From Candidatus Dadabacteria bacterium (GTDB lineage Bacteria; Desulfobacterota_D; UBA1144; Nemesobacterales; CSP1-2), in assembly GCA_040289575.1 (NCBI GenBank), contig PSLL01000041.1, positions 1 through 18,693 of the forward strand: a stretch of DNA of 18,693 bases, in the 5' to 3' direction. Positions 1-7,177 of this stretch are shown here, one piece after another. The position numbers were made by a program, and so were the translations under genes. How positions within the stretch are numbered: position 1 is the first letter of the stretch; every line of letters starts with the position of its first letter. Under the pieces are notes generated by a model. That model did no database searches. It saw only the letters and a list, made by a program, of their open reading frames with translations, and was not told the DNA's origin.

Positions 1-17
1 CGAATGAAAAAGGAAGG

Positions 18-45
18 ATACAGTATACAGAACACAGAATACAGG
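18..45 (+). repeat. Four tandem heptamers (ATACAGT ATACAGA ACACAGA ATACAGG)
   Basis: Read directly. Flanked by an 8-bp inverted pair, CGAATGAA (1-8) and TTCATTCG (71-78). Confidence 0.6.
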
Positions 46-103
46 GAAAAACCTCTCATCTAAATTCGTGTTCATTCGTAGCTAATTAAAAAAGAGATAA
101 AAA

Positions 104-1570
104 ATGAACACCGTTTCGGACCTATTTCTATCAACTGTAGAAAAACACCCTGGTAGAATGGCCGTCGTAGAAGGAGACCGAAGGGTTACGTATGAAACTC
201 TAGACCTGATGGTAAGGGGCCTCTCTTCTTTTCTCATCTCCCGTGGAATAGGATACGGTGACAGGGTTGCAATCCTGATTCCCAACTCAATCGAGTTTGC
301 CGCAAGCTTCTTTAGCATATCGAGACTTGGAGCGATCTCCGTTCCCATAAATGTCGGTTGCAAAGAGGATGAAATCAGGTTCTACGTTTCCCATTCTCAT
401 GCAAAAATTCTAATCACGGAAGACTGGCTAAGGTCGGCAGCAGAAAAGGCTACAGTCGAGACGGGTGTGTCTATTGTCATAATAAAAGGAGAAAAAACGG
501 ACTGGTCTTTTTCAGGAGGTATTGCCGAGAATCATGTCAATATTTCAATAAAGCCGAGTGATGAGGCAATTTATCTCTATTCAACCGGCTCTACGGGAAG
601 GCCAAAGCGGGTATCACGAACCCATTTCAATCTTGTCGCCCTTGCAGATAACCACACCCAAACTATAGGATGGACTGAAACAGACAGGATTCTTCTTACG
701 ATTCCCCTCTCCCACACCTACGGATTTGGGAATTTTATAAGCGCGGTAAAGGTCGGGGCTTCAATGTACGTCTTAGGGGAATTCAACCGAAATAAGATAA
801 TTGATATAATAGAAAGCGAATCCATTACGGTCTTTCCAGCAGTGCCTTTTATGTTGAATGTCATTGCAGAAACTTTCTTACCCAAACCCAGAGATTTTTC
901 ATCTCTTCGGCTTGTCATCTCTGCCGGCGCCCCGTTATCAAAAGAGACCTTTTATAAATTCTATGAAAAATTCGGCATATATCCAAGACAGTTCTATGGC
1001 TCTACGGAAACGGGCGTAATTTCAATAAATCTAGGTGATGAAAAAAGATTTGATTCGGTGGGAATTCCCGTTAAGAACGTCGAGGTGAGGATCTTTAGAG
1101 ACGATGGAACCGAGGCCGATATAAATGAGGTCGGAGAAATAGCCGTAAAAAGTCCCTCGATGACAACCGGATATTACGGCCTACAAGAGGAAACAGAAAG
1201 GGCTTTTAGAGGTGGATACTACTTCACGGGAGATTTAGGAAGAATAGACGAAGAGGGTTATATATACATCGTGGGTCGAAAAAAACTGATTATAAATGTC
1301 GCCGGGAATAAGGTTGACCCAACAGAGGTAGAAAATATTCTCTTGAATCACCCTAAGATTAAAGACGCAGTCGTTATCGGCGTTAAAGACAAATACGGAA
1401 ATGAATCTGTGAAGGCAGTGATAGTAGCAAAAGAGGATATAGACATTAAAGAGGTACACAACTACTGCAAAGGTCATATATCGGATTTTAAAATCCCGCG
1501 CATAGTAGAATTCAGAGACGAAATCCCAAGGAGCCCTACAGGAAAGGTTTTAAGGGAGCACTTAAAATGA
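104..1570 (+). CDS. AMP-dependent synthetase/ligase (ANL superfamily; acyl-CoA or acyl-ACP ligase)
   Basis: Adenylation motifs YSTGSTGRPK, FYGSTETG, YFTGDLGRID, IVGRKK and PRSPTGK; followed directly by an ACP. Confidence 0.92.
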   Translation: MNTVSDLFLSTVEKHPGRMAVVEGDRRVTYETLDLMVRGLSSFLISRGIGYGDRVAILIPNSIEFAASFFSISRLGAISVPINVGCKEDEIRFYVSHSHAKILITEDWLRSAAEKATVETGVSIVIIKGEKTDWSFSGGIAENHVNISIKPSDEAIYLYSTGSTGRPKRVSRTHFNLVALADNHTQTIGWTETDRILLTIPLSHTYGFGNFISAVKVGASMYVLGEFNRNKIIDIIESESITVFPAVPFMLNVIAETFLPKPRDFSSLRLVISAGAPLSKETFYKFYEKFGIYPRQFYGSTETGVISINLGDEKRFDSVGIPVKNVEVRIFRDDGTEADINEVGEIAVKSPSMTTGYYGLQEETERAFRGGYYFTGDLGRIDEEGYIYIVGRKKLIINVAGNKVDPTEVENILLNHPKIKDAVVIGVKDKYGNESVKAVIVAKEDIDIKEVHNYCKGHISDFKIPRIVEFRDEIPRSPTGKVLREHLK

Positions 1571-1602
1571 CCTTTTTAGGTTAACCCATAGTAGAGAAGT
1601 GC

Positions 1603-1866
1603 ATGAATAAGGAGATAAAAACCAGAATAAAAAAGGTTTTAATTAATAAAATGCTTCAGGGGTTTAAACCGGAGGATATAGGAGACAATACCCCTCTGAT
1701 TGAGTTTGGAGTGGGGGTTGATTCTGTAGCCACATTAGAGCTAATAGTGGCGCTTGAAGAAGAGTTCCATATAAATATAGACGAAAGCGAAATCAACCAG
1801 GAATTCATCTCAACCATCAATGCCATTTCCGAATATGTATCCAAGCGCATGGAATCAGCCTCTTGA
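1603..1866 (+). CDS. Acyl carrier protein
   Basis: 87 aa, acidic, with phosphopantetheine site GVDS followed by ELIVALEEEF. Confidence 0.9.
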   Translation: MNKEIKTRIKKVLINKMLQGFKPEDIGDNTPLIEFGVGVDSVATLELIVALEEEFHINIDESEINQEFISTINAISEYVSKRMESAS

Positions 1867-2577
1867 TCCTTCTTTTCCCTTAAGGTATGACTCAACAGAA
1901 TTTATGAACTCCTTTCTTACACGCTCGCTTGCCTTGCGTATTGGATCGAGAACTACCTTTTCATAGACCTCCGATGCAGTAGACTCAAGCTTTGAATCGC
2001 CCGTTGTGCGGGCAAGTCTCAGTACGGCTACCGAGTTGTAGAATATAGCCCTAAAAAGCGCCCTCCTCGCATCATTTAATCTAAATTCCTCAAGCGCCCT
2101 CTGGGCCTCAAGAAGGTCATAGAATGCAACTCCACAGAATAACGTAAGGAGCCTTTTTGCCTCTTCTTGAGACATTCCCTCAATGATATAAACAAGTGGG
2201 GCTTCTATTATTGCTTCAAGTTCATTTTCCTTGCTTCCTATGATTCGGGCAAGCTGCCTTATCTTCTCATCGTCGGCGCGGCTTAAAAGGTCTCTTAGGG
2301 CATTCTGCACATATTCAAGCGCAAAGCTGTCCCGAATTTCATCGAGAGAAAGCCCCTGGGATTTGAGGGCTTTTATATGAGCCAGCCTATCGAGTGTAGA
2401 TTCAGGGTAATAGAGCCTAGCCGATTTGTCTCTACCATCTTTAGTCTTTCTAATCGTAGGCTTCGGAATAAAACCCAGCTTTGTATAAAATTTTATCGTC
2501 TTTTCGGGATCGGCTCCCAGATCAATCTTTCTTCTCTTCGCTTCTTTGATAATCTCTTCAATTGTCATGTCAACCAT
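1855..2577 (-). CDS. MerR-like HTH DNA-binding protein with a helical C-terminal domain of unknown function
   Basis: N-terminal pattern TIKFYTKLGFIPKP...RLYYPESTLDRLAHIKALKSQGLSLDEIR fits the MerR HTH/wing. The 3' end overlaps the ACP gene by 12 nt. Confidence 0.75.
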   Translation of the reverse strand: MVDMTIEEIIKEAKRRKIDLGADPEKTIKFYTKLGFIPKPTIRKTKDGRDKSARLYYPESTLDRLAHIKALKSQGLSLDEIRDSFALEYVQNALRDLLSRADDEKIRQLARIIGSKENELEAIIEAPLVYIIEGMSQEEAKRLLTLFCGVAFYDLLEAQRALEEFRLNDARRALFRAIFYNSVAVLRLARTTGDSKLESTASEVYEKVVLDPIRKASERVRKEFINSVESYLKGKEGSRG

Positions 2578-2583
2578 AGGAAG

Positions 2584-2613
2584 ATATTACGCTTTGAGAT
2601 ATAAGCTTGTCAA
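2584..2613 (-). promoter_or_regulatory. Sigma70-type promoter of the MerR-like gene
   Basis: Minus strand reads TTGACA (2613-2608), an 18-nt spacer, TAATAT (2589-2584), 6 nt, then ATG at 2577. Confidence 0.6.
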
Positions 2614-2748
2614 TCTGTATTTGATTATGTCAATTCCAAAATAAAAACATCAATTTATCAGCCATAGAGAACACAAAGTTGACCAAAAAAATAGAGACTA
2701 ATCAAGATTTATCAAGATAGAGATTTAATGAGACAATGTGTTTTATCA

Positions 2749-3561
2749 TTATTTTATCTCCTTATATCCTGAAAGATCAGATAGCTCTTCAAGCGATCTT
2801 ACTCCAGTATAAAAATTCCCTCTTATTTCCCATGTAGGATACACTTTTATACCCTTTTCATAACACAGAGCCAGATTTGCCCTCTCTCCACCCGGATCAC
2901 ATTCAACATATTTAATATACTTAAAAGCATCTCCAAAAAGCCCCTTTTGTTCCATACAGTGGTGGCACCAGTATGCGCCGTACATAGTGGCTCCTACCTC
3001 TGCGAGGTGTTTTGCAAGACCAACTCGCCATGTATCCTCTGAACCAGCTCTCAGGCCTTTTGATTGAAGAGATACGGAAACTAAAAGAACAGGCAAAACT
3101 AAGACTCCGCTTATTAAGGCAAACTTAAACGAACTTCTGGGCAACGGGTCGGGCTTTCCTATTATCAGTGTAATTAATATGCCGGTAATTATAAATGCCG
3201 AAGCCACGCAATATGGGCATATAGCCTTTATAACAAAAAGCTCAATGTATGTGAGATATGCAGAAAAGGCGAATCCCACTAAAGAAAGAAAATAGAGTAA
3301 AAGCCATTTAGCCCTACCATACGAAATAGATACAAGAGATAAAATAAGAATGGATAAATACCCGATAACACCGAAAACCGACACAGGAACTCCAAGGATT
3401 ATAGAATAGGGGCTTTCTCTCACAGTATCACATCCGGAGCCTACGGTACAAAATGCGGCCTGCGCCTTTGCATAATAGAGGTAAGTTAAATACCCAGAGA
3501 GTGCTATTCCTAAAGCCGAGAGGATTAGGATAATTAATCCAGGCGTCTTTGTGTTTTTCAT
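2749..3561 (-). CDS. VKOR (vitamin K epoxide reductase family) fused to a thioredoxin-like domain; disulfide bond formation
   Basis: VKOR loop cysteines CTVGSGC, active-site CPYC and TM helices; C-terminal YGAYWCHHC...YVECD...YPTW as in cyanobacterial/plant VKOR-Trx fusions. Confidence 0.9.
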   Translation of the reverse strand: MKNTKTPGLIILILSALGIALSGYLTYLYYAKAQAAFCTVGSGCDTVRESPYSIILGVPVSVFGVIGYLSILILSLVSISYGRAKWLLLYFLSLVGFAFSAYLTYIELFVIKAICPYCVASAFIITGILITLIIGKPDPLPRSSFKFALISGVLVLPVLLVSVSLQSKGLRAGSEDTWRVGLAKHLAEVGATMYGAYWCHHCMEQKGLFGDAFKYIKYVECDPGGERANLALCYEKGIKVYPTWEIRGNFYTGVRSLEELSDLSGYKEIK

Positions 3562-3595
3562 TCTAATACCATAAGAGTCAAATACACTTAGATGA

Positions 3596-4126
3596 CTACT
3601 CTACAACCCCACAAGCCACACGGTCTCCTTCGCCTCCGAGCGGTTGTGGATGATCGGAATAGTTATCTCCGTCTGCATGGATCATGAGTGAGTGACCCTT
3701 GAGGTCAGAAACTTTAAGGCGAGGGGCAAGCACCGGGAGCAGGGCACGACCATCTTGGTCGACATACAAGGCTCGCAGGTCTCCCATGTGCCCTTGTCCA
3801 TACGGCCCTTCGTGCTTACCGGTACCTTTGGGGTCATAATGCCCACCCGCCTCCAAACCGGGGACGGTCTTACCTTCCTTCTTTCCTGTGCCGCAATTCG
3901 CATTCCGGTGAACATGGAATCCGTGTGTCCCCCGTGTTAGCTCACTTAAGTTCGGTGTTAGAATTAGACCATAAGGGCTGTTGTATGCAGTAACTGTTCC
4001 AATCTCATTGCCGACCCCTTTCGCATTAATAAGGTGCATGTGCACAACCAGTTCTTCTCCATGAACATATCCCGCTGTAAATATTCCTATCAGTAAACAA
4101 ACGAGCTTAACGAGGTATCTTTTCAT
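3596..4126 (-). CDS. sodC: Periplasmic Cu/Zn superoxide dismutase
   Basis: Signal peptide; metal ligands in [24 protein letters not shown] and MIHA; disulfide Cys in NANC and RVACG. Confidence 0.95.
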   Translation of the reverse strand: MKRYLVKLVCLLIGIFTAGYVHGEELVVHMHLINAKGVGNEIGTVTAYNSPYGLILTPNLSELTRGTHGFHVHRNANCGTGKKEGKTVPGLEAGGHYDPKGTGKHEGPYGQGHMGDLRALYVDQDGRALLPVLAPRLKVSDLKGHSLMIHADGDNYSDHPQPLGGEGDRVACGVVE

Positions 4127-4335
4127 CGTTTTTCCCTTCTTAATTTCTCTCTTGTCATCTCCTATGGCGGCAAACGGTAATTTTTATCAAAATATGAACT
4201 ATATAATCATACCCGACTCATACAACAAATCTCTTCTTAATCCGATTTTATAGACGTTTGTTATATCACAAAAGTCAGTTCAATATCAATAAAACCTCCA
4301 CAAGCATATTCAAATAAATCGTCCCCTTAGAGATC

Positions 4336-5388
4336 TTATTCAATATGGCTTCTCTTTTCCTCCATCCCTGATTTTCCCATATTATGCCCAATATGAGAGA
4401 GGTGCCGAGCGGGCGTCTTGTGTAGAAGCAGTGCCGTGCATATGAGCACCAGTATTATAATGACCGATTCTGCCCAGACCTTGTGCATAAACCAGCGGGC
4501 GACATGAACCAACTCCGGCTTGTGCTGAAATGGATTGATATGAAGTGATTTCCGTCCGGACAAATGACGACCCGACAAATGCTGTAGGAGCAGGACACTG
4601 ATATACCGATTCGATGCACCTAATACAACAAGGGTAAGTAACAACATAACCTTGACAATAACCAATTGACCGTAGGGCGTCTCCCAAAGGGCATGGAGAC
4701 TTCTCACCTCAAGCCACGCATTATATGTTGCGGTAATTGCAACGATGCCCAGTGTAATACCAGCGAGTTTAGAGAACCTTCGAGCCATATCGGTAACTAC
4801 TGCTCCTCCCCGGTCGGGTTGCCTAATCGCTGTCGGGAGGGCGATTGTGGAAAGCACTATAAGACCACCTCCCCAGATTGAGCCTGACAAGAGATGCAGA
4901 CAGTCCATCAACTCGGGAAGCGCTAGGTCTCCCATATCGGCGGCGTGGCCCGATGCGCTTCGTGTTATGGCAATAACAACCCCGGCACCCAGCATAAAAA
5001 CAGGAATCGCACGAGAATCAAGGCGTTTTCTGCCAACCCACCATCCAATCCACAGCGCTACAAGTGCCGCAGGGCGGATAAGCCACAGATTCCCATAGTG
5101 GGTTCGGAGGATAACAACAGGCATCACGAAAAAGATCTCTGAGAGGGGACGGCCGCTCATCTCCATAACACGCATAAACAACTCGGCAACGCTGCTTATG
5201 GTCAACATCGCGACTGCAGCTACGATCAGATGCCAAAGGCGTGTGCGCAGGATCTCAGAAACAGAAGAATCCGAGACCCTACCTATAGGGGGAAGCACAT
5301 ACAAACGGCAGACTAAGGCTCCAATACAGATAAACAGTGCCAGAAGGTCAAATGCCGTGGGGACAATATGTAAGAACCCTTTTTCCAT
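4336..5388 (-). CDS. copD: Copper resistance/uptake inner-membrane protein, CopD family
   Basis: Multi-TM protein with SGHAA, LHLLSGSIWGGGL, RFS and TPYGQL motifs, next to copC. ATG 5388 follows an AAGGAG SD and is preferred to TTG 5394. Confidence 0.88.
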   Translation of the reverse strand: MEKGFLHIVPTAFDLLALFICIGALVCRLYVLPPIGRVSDSSVSEILRTRLWHLIVAAVAMLTISSVAELFMRVMEMSGRPLSEIFFVMPVVILRTHYGNLWLIRPAALVALWIGWWVGRKRLDSRAIPVFMLGAGVVIAITRSASGHAADMGDLALPELMDCLHLLSGSIWGGGLIVLSTIALPTAIRQPDRGGAVVTDMARRFSKLAGITLGIVAITATYNAWLEVRSLHALWETPYGQLVIVKVMLLLTLVVLGASNRYISVLLLQHLSGRHLSGRKSLHINPFQHKPELVHVARWFMHKVWAESVIIILVLICTALLLHKTPARHLSHIGHNMGKSGMEEKRSHIE

Positions 5389-5477
5389 ATCCAACTCCTT
5401 TTATAAGGGCGAACCTTAATAAACACGTTCCCCCTTTCTTCATGGGATGAGTCTGCCCATAAGTTATCCGACCCATT

Positions 5478-5846
5478 TCATTTAACCGTGAATGTGTAGT
5501 CTCCTTCAGTTCGATGTCCGTCTCGAGCGACAACGCTCCATATAACGCGGTAGGTACCAGGGGAAAGGGAAGGCAGACTTGCCTCAAGCATGGTCGGATT
5601 GGATTTATCTACGTGCCCATCCCCTTTGTCCACACGCTGACCGCCTTTATTCTCAACGCGAAGCGTGCTAAATTCAGGCTCCAGCTCACTATCAAACCAG
5701 ATGCGAACTTGAGTAGGAGCAACGTTAACCGTCGCTCCCACTTTTGGCTCAGAGTGATCGGGAAACGCGTGACCCCAGGCGGCCTGTGGCCACGCGTTGA
5801 AGAGCATAAAGCTGCAAAGTGCAATAACTACCCAAATCACTCGCAA
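5478..5846 (-). CDS. copC: Periplasmic copper-binding protein CopC
   Basis: Signal peptide then mature His1 (HAFPDHSEP); C-terminal WSVVARDGHRTEG; no Met-rich Cu(I) loop. Confidence 0.93.
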   Translation of the reverse strand: MRVIWVVIALCSFMLFNAWPQAAWGHAFPDHSEPKVGATVNVAPTQVRIWFDSELEPEFSTLRVENKGGQRVDKGDGHVDKSNPTMLEASLPSLSPGTYRVIWSVVARDGHRTEGDYTFTVK

Positions 5847-5860
5847 GATTCTGATCTCCT

Positions 5861-6754
5861 CTAATGAAAAATTGGTCTCCCCAAACTATTTGGGAACAGG
5901 TCATCTATAAAAAAGTGTACCAAAGCCAAGACTCCCACGTGATCACCTGTACGATCATTAACCGGGATTTGAGCCTCAATCCCAAGCTGTATATATTTAC
6001 CGAACCAGATGACACACGGGTTTACAAACCCCGTTGTATTGCCGCCGCTTCCGCGATTTAAGTCCGTCTCAAAAGGAAACTCAACGAGCAAGATCATTCG
6101 GTTTAATGGAGCCTTAAGACCAATATCTTTAACAAACGATTGAAGGTACTGGAGATTGTATTGTATAGTGAATCCATAGCTCAGTGTATCTGGGCTATCG
6201 CTACTTGTGGGAAAGTTGGGGCCAATGATTCCGGTAATGGCTATGGGCCTCAGGTATTTCACCGAATCCGGCAGATCACCGAATCCCTTGCCAAAAAAGA
6301 GTGCAGGCGAGATTGTAGTGAACTCATCGGCGCCCACAGAGGCATTTCCCGTATCGCCAATCTCCGCACTTAGCCCAACTGAGAGTATGGTTTCGTGGGG
6401 ATCATTTGTGAGGAACTGGTATTTTGCTCCCACTTCAAGGTTTCCAAATCCGTGTTGAGTCTTTTCCCCGTCCGGTTTCACGAACCAGAATGAATCGCCG
6501 ATTCCAATCCCGAAATGGGGGAAGATCCGTTTGGAGTAATCAAATGAAAACTTTGTGGTTTTCCCCTCAGGGTCGTGTATATAGTTGAATAGGAAACTGA
6601 GTTCATCAGAAATAAATGGGTCGTCAACCGAGAGCGTAGTAGGGAAAAACCGCTTGCCTGCAAACCCGTGTGCCCATGAGGGGATAGGCATTAACAGTAT
6701 GGCCAAAGCAAAAAAGGATGCAAAATATACAAGAACAGTTAATAGTCTTATCAT
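5861..6754 (-). CDS. Exported protein, probable outer-membrane beta-barrel associated with copC/copD
   Basis: Signal peptide ending SWA followed by His; amphipathic strands (GFGNLEVGAKYQF, LSYGFTIQY, QLGIEAQIPV); strong SD AGGAGG; 14 nt upstream of copC. Confidence 0.65.
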   Translation of the reverse strand: MIRLLTVLVYFASFFALAILLMPIPSWAHGFAGKRFFPTTLSVDDPFISDELSFLFNYIHDPEGKTTKFSFDYSKRIFPHFGIGIGDSFWFVKPDGEKTQHGFGNLEVGAKYQFLTNDPHETILSVGLSAEIGDTGNASVGADEFTTISPALFFGKGFGDLPDSVKYLRPIAITGIIGPNFPTSSDSPDTLSYGFTIQYNLQYLQSFVKDIGLKAPLNRMILLVEFPFETDLNRGSGGNTTGFVNPCVIWFGKYIQLGIEAQIPVNDRTGDHVGVLALVHFFIDDLFPNSLGRPIFH

Positions 6755-6755
6755 G

Positions 6756-6874
6756 GTTCTCCTCCTATTTTAGAGAAAGACTATAACAACCTTTTCTAGA
6801 AACGCCGCATGAAATCAGATTAGATACTTAGATATATGGACTACCTTAGGATTAAACCGAGATTGGAGGAGAAC
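6756..6874 (-). promoter_or_regulatory. SD/anti-SD long-range pairing between the leader-ORF RSPP codons and the SD of the OMP gene
   Basis: Perfect 10-bp inverted repeat: GTTCTCCTCC at 6756-6765 and GGAGGAGAAC at 6865-6874. Confidence 0.6.
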
Positions 6875-7169
6875 GGATTAATAATTGAGAGCCCCTATAA
6901 GACCCTATTAAACGGTTTTCATTTAGTGGTAAATATTCAACTATGTAATTGTTTGTTAAAAAATTAATTAAAGGTATAGAGACTGCGGATGAAGAGCTCT
7001 GAAGCCAATACGAGAGAAAGAGACAGGGTTTCTCAGATTTCTCTTTTTCAGACTCGCCTATATGATGAATTGAATGGGGTATAGACTCAATAATCAGAAT
7101 AAAGAAGATTATTGAGAGGGCAAATGAGAATATACGGGCTTGAGAATTTAGGCGTATTGCAATACATAT
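6852..7169 (-). CDS. Unannotated leader ORF, DUF2946/CruR/CutF-like putative ribosome-arrest peptide (non-canonical or frameshifted start)
   Basis: Manually translated stop-free frame of 105 codons: ICIAIRLNSQARIFSFALSIIFFILIIESIPHSIHHIGESEKEKSEKPCLFLSYWLQSSSSAVSIPLINFLTNNYIVEYLPLNENRLIGSYRGSQLLIRSPPISV*. It fills the degP-OMP gap and has no in-frame ATG, GTG or TTG. Confidence 0.7.
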   Translation of the reverse strand: MCIAIRLNSQARIFSFALSIIFFILIIESIPHSIHHIGESEKEKSEKPCLFLSYWLQSSSSAVSIPLINFLTNNYIVEYLPLNENRLIGSYRGSQLLIRSPPISV

Positions 7170-7177
7170 CTACCGCA

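Noticed and set aside
1..63. Open frame ending at TAA 63, possibly the 3' end of an upstream gene
   Set aside because: Only 20 codons and mostly repeat-derived; cannot be supported from this window.
2701..2718. ATCAAGAT direct repeat, two copies
   Set aside because: Short and in AT-rich intergenic DNA; compatible with chance.
5313..5436. SD-like AAAGGGGG plus a GTG mini-ORF between copC and copD
   Set aside because: Out of frame with copD, no recognisable product, and copD has its own SD.
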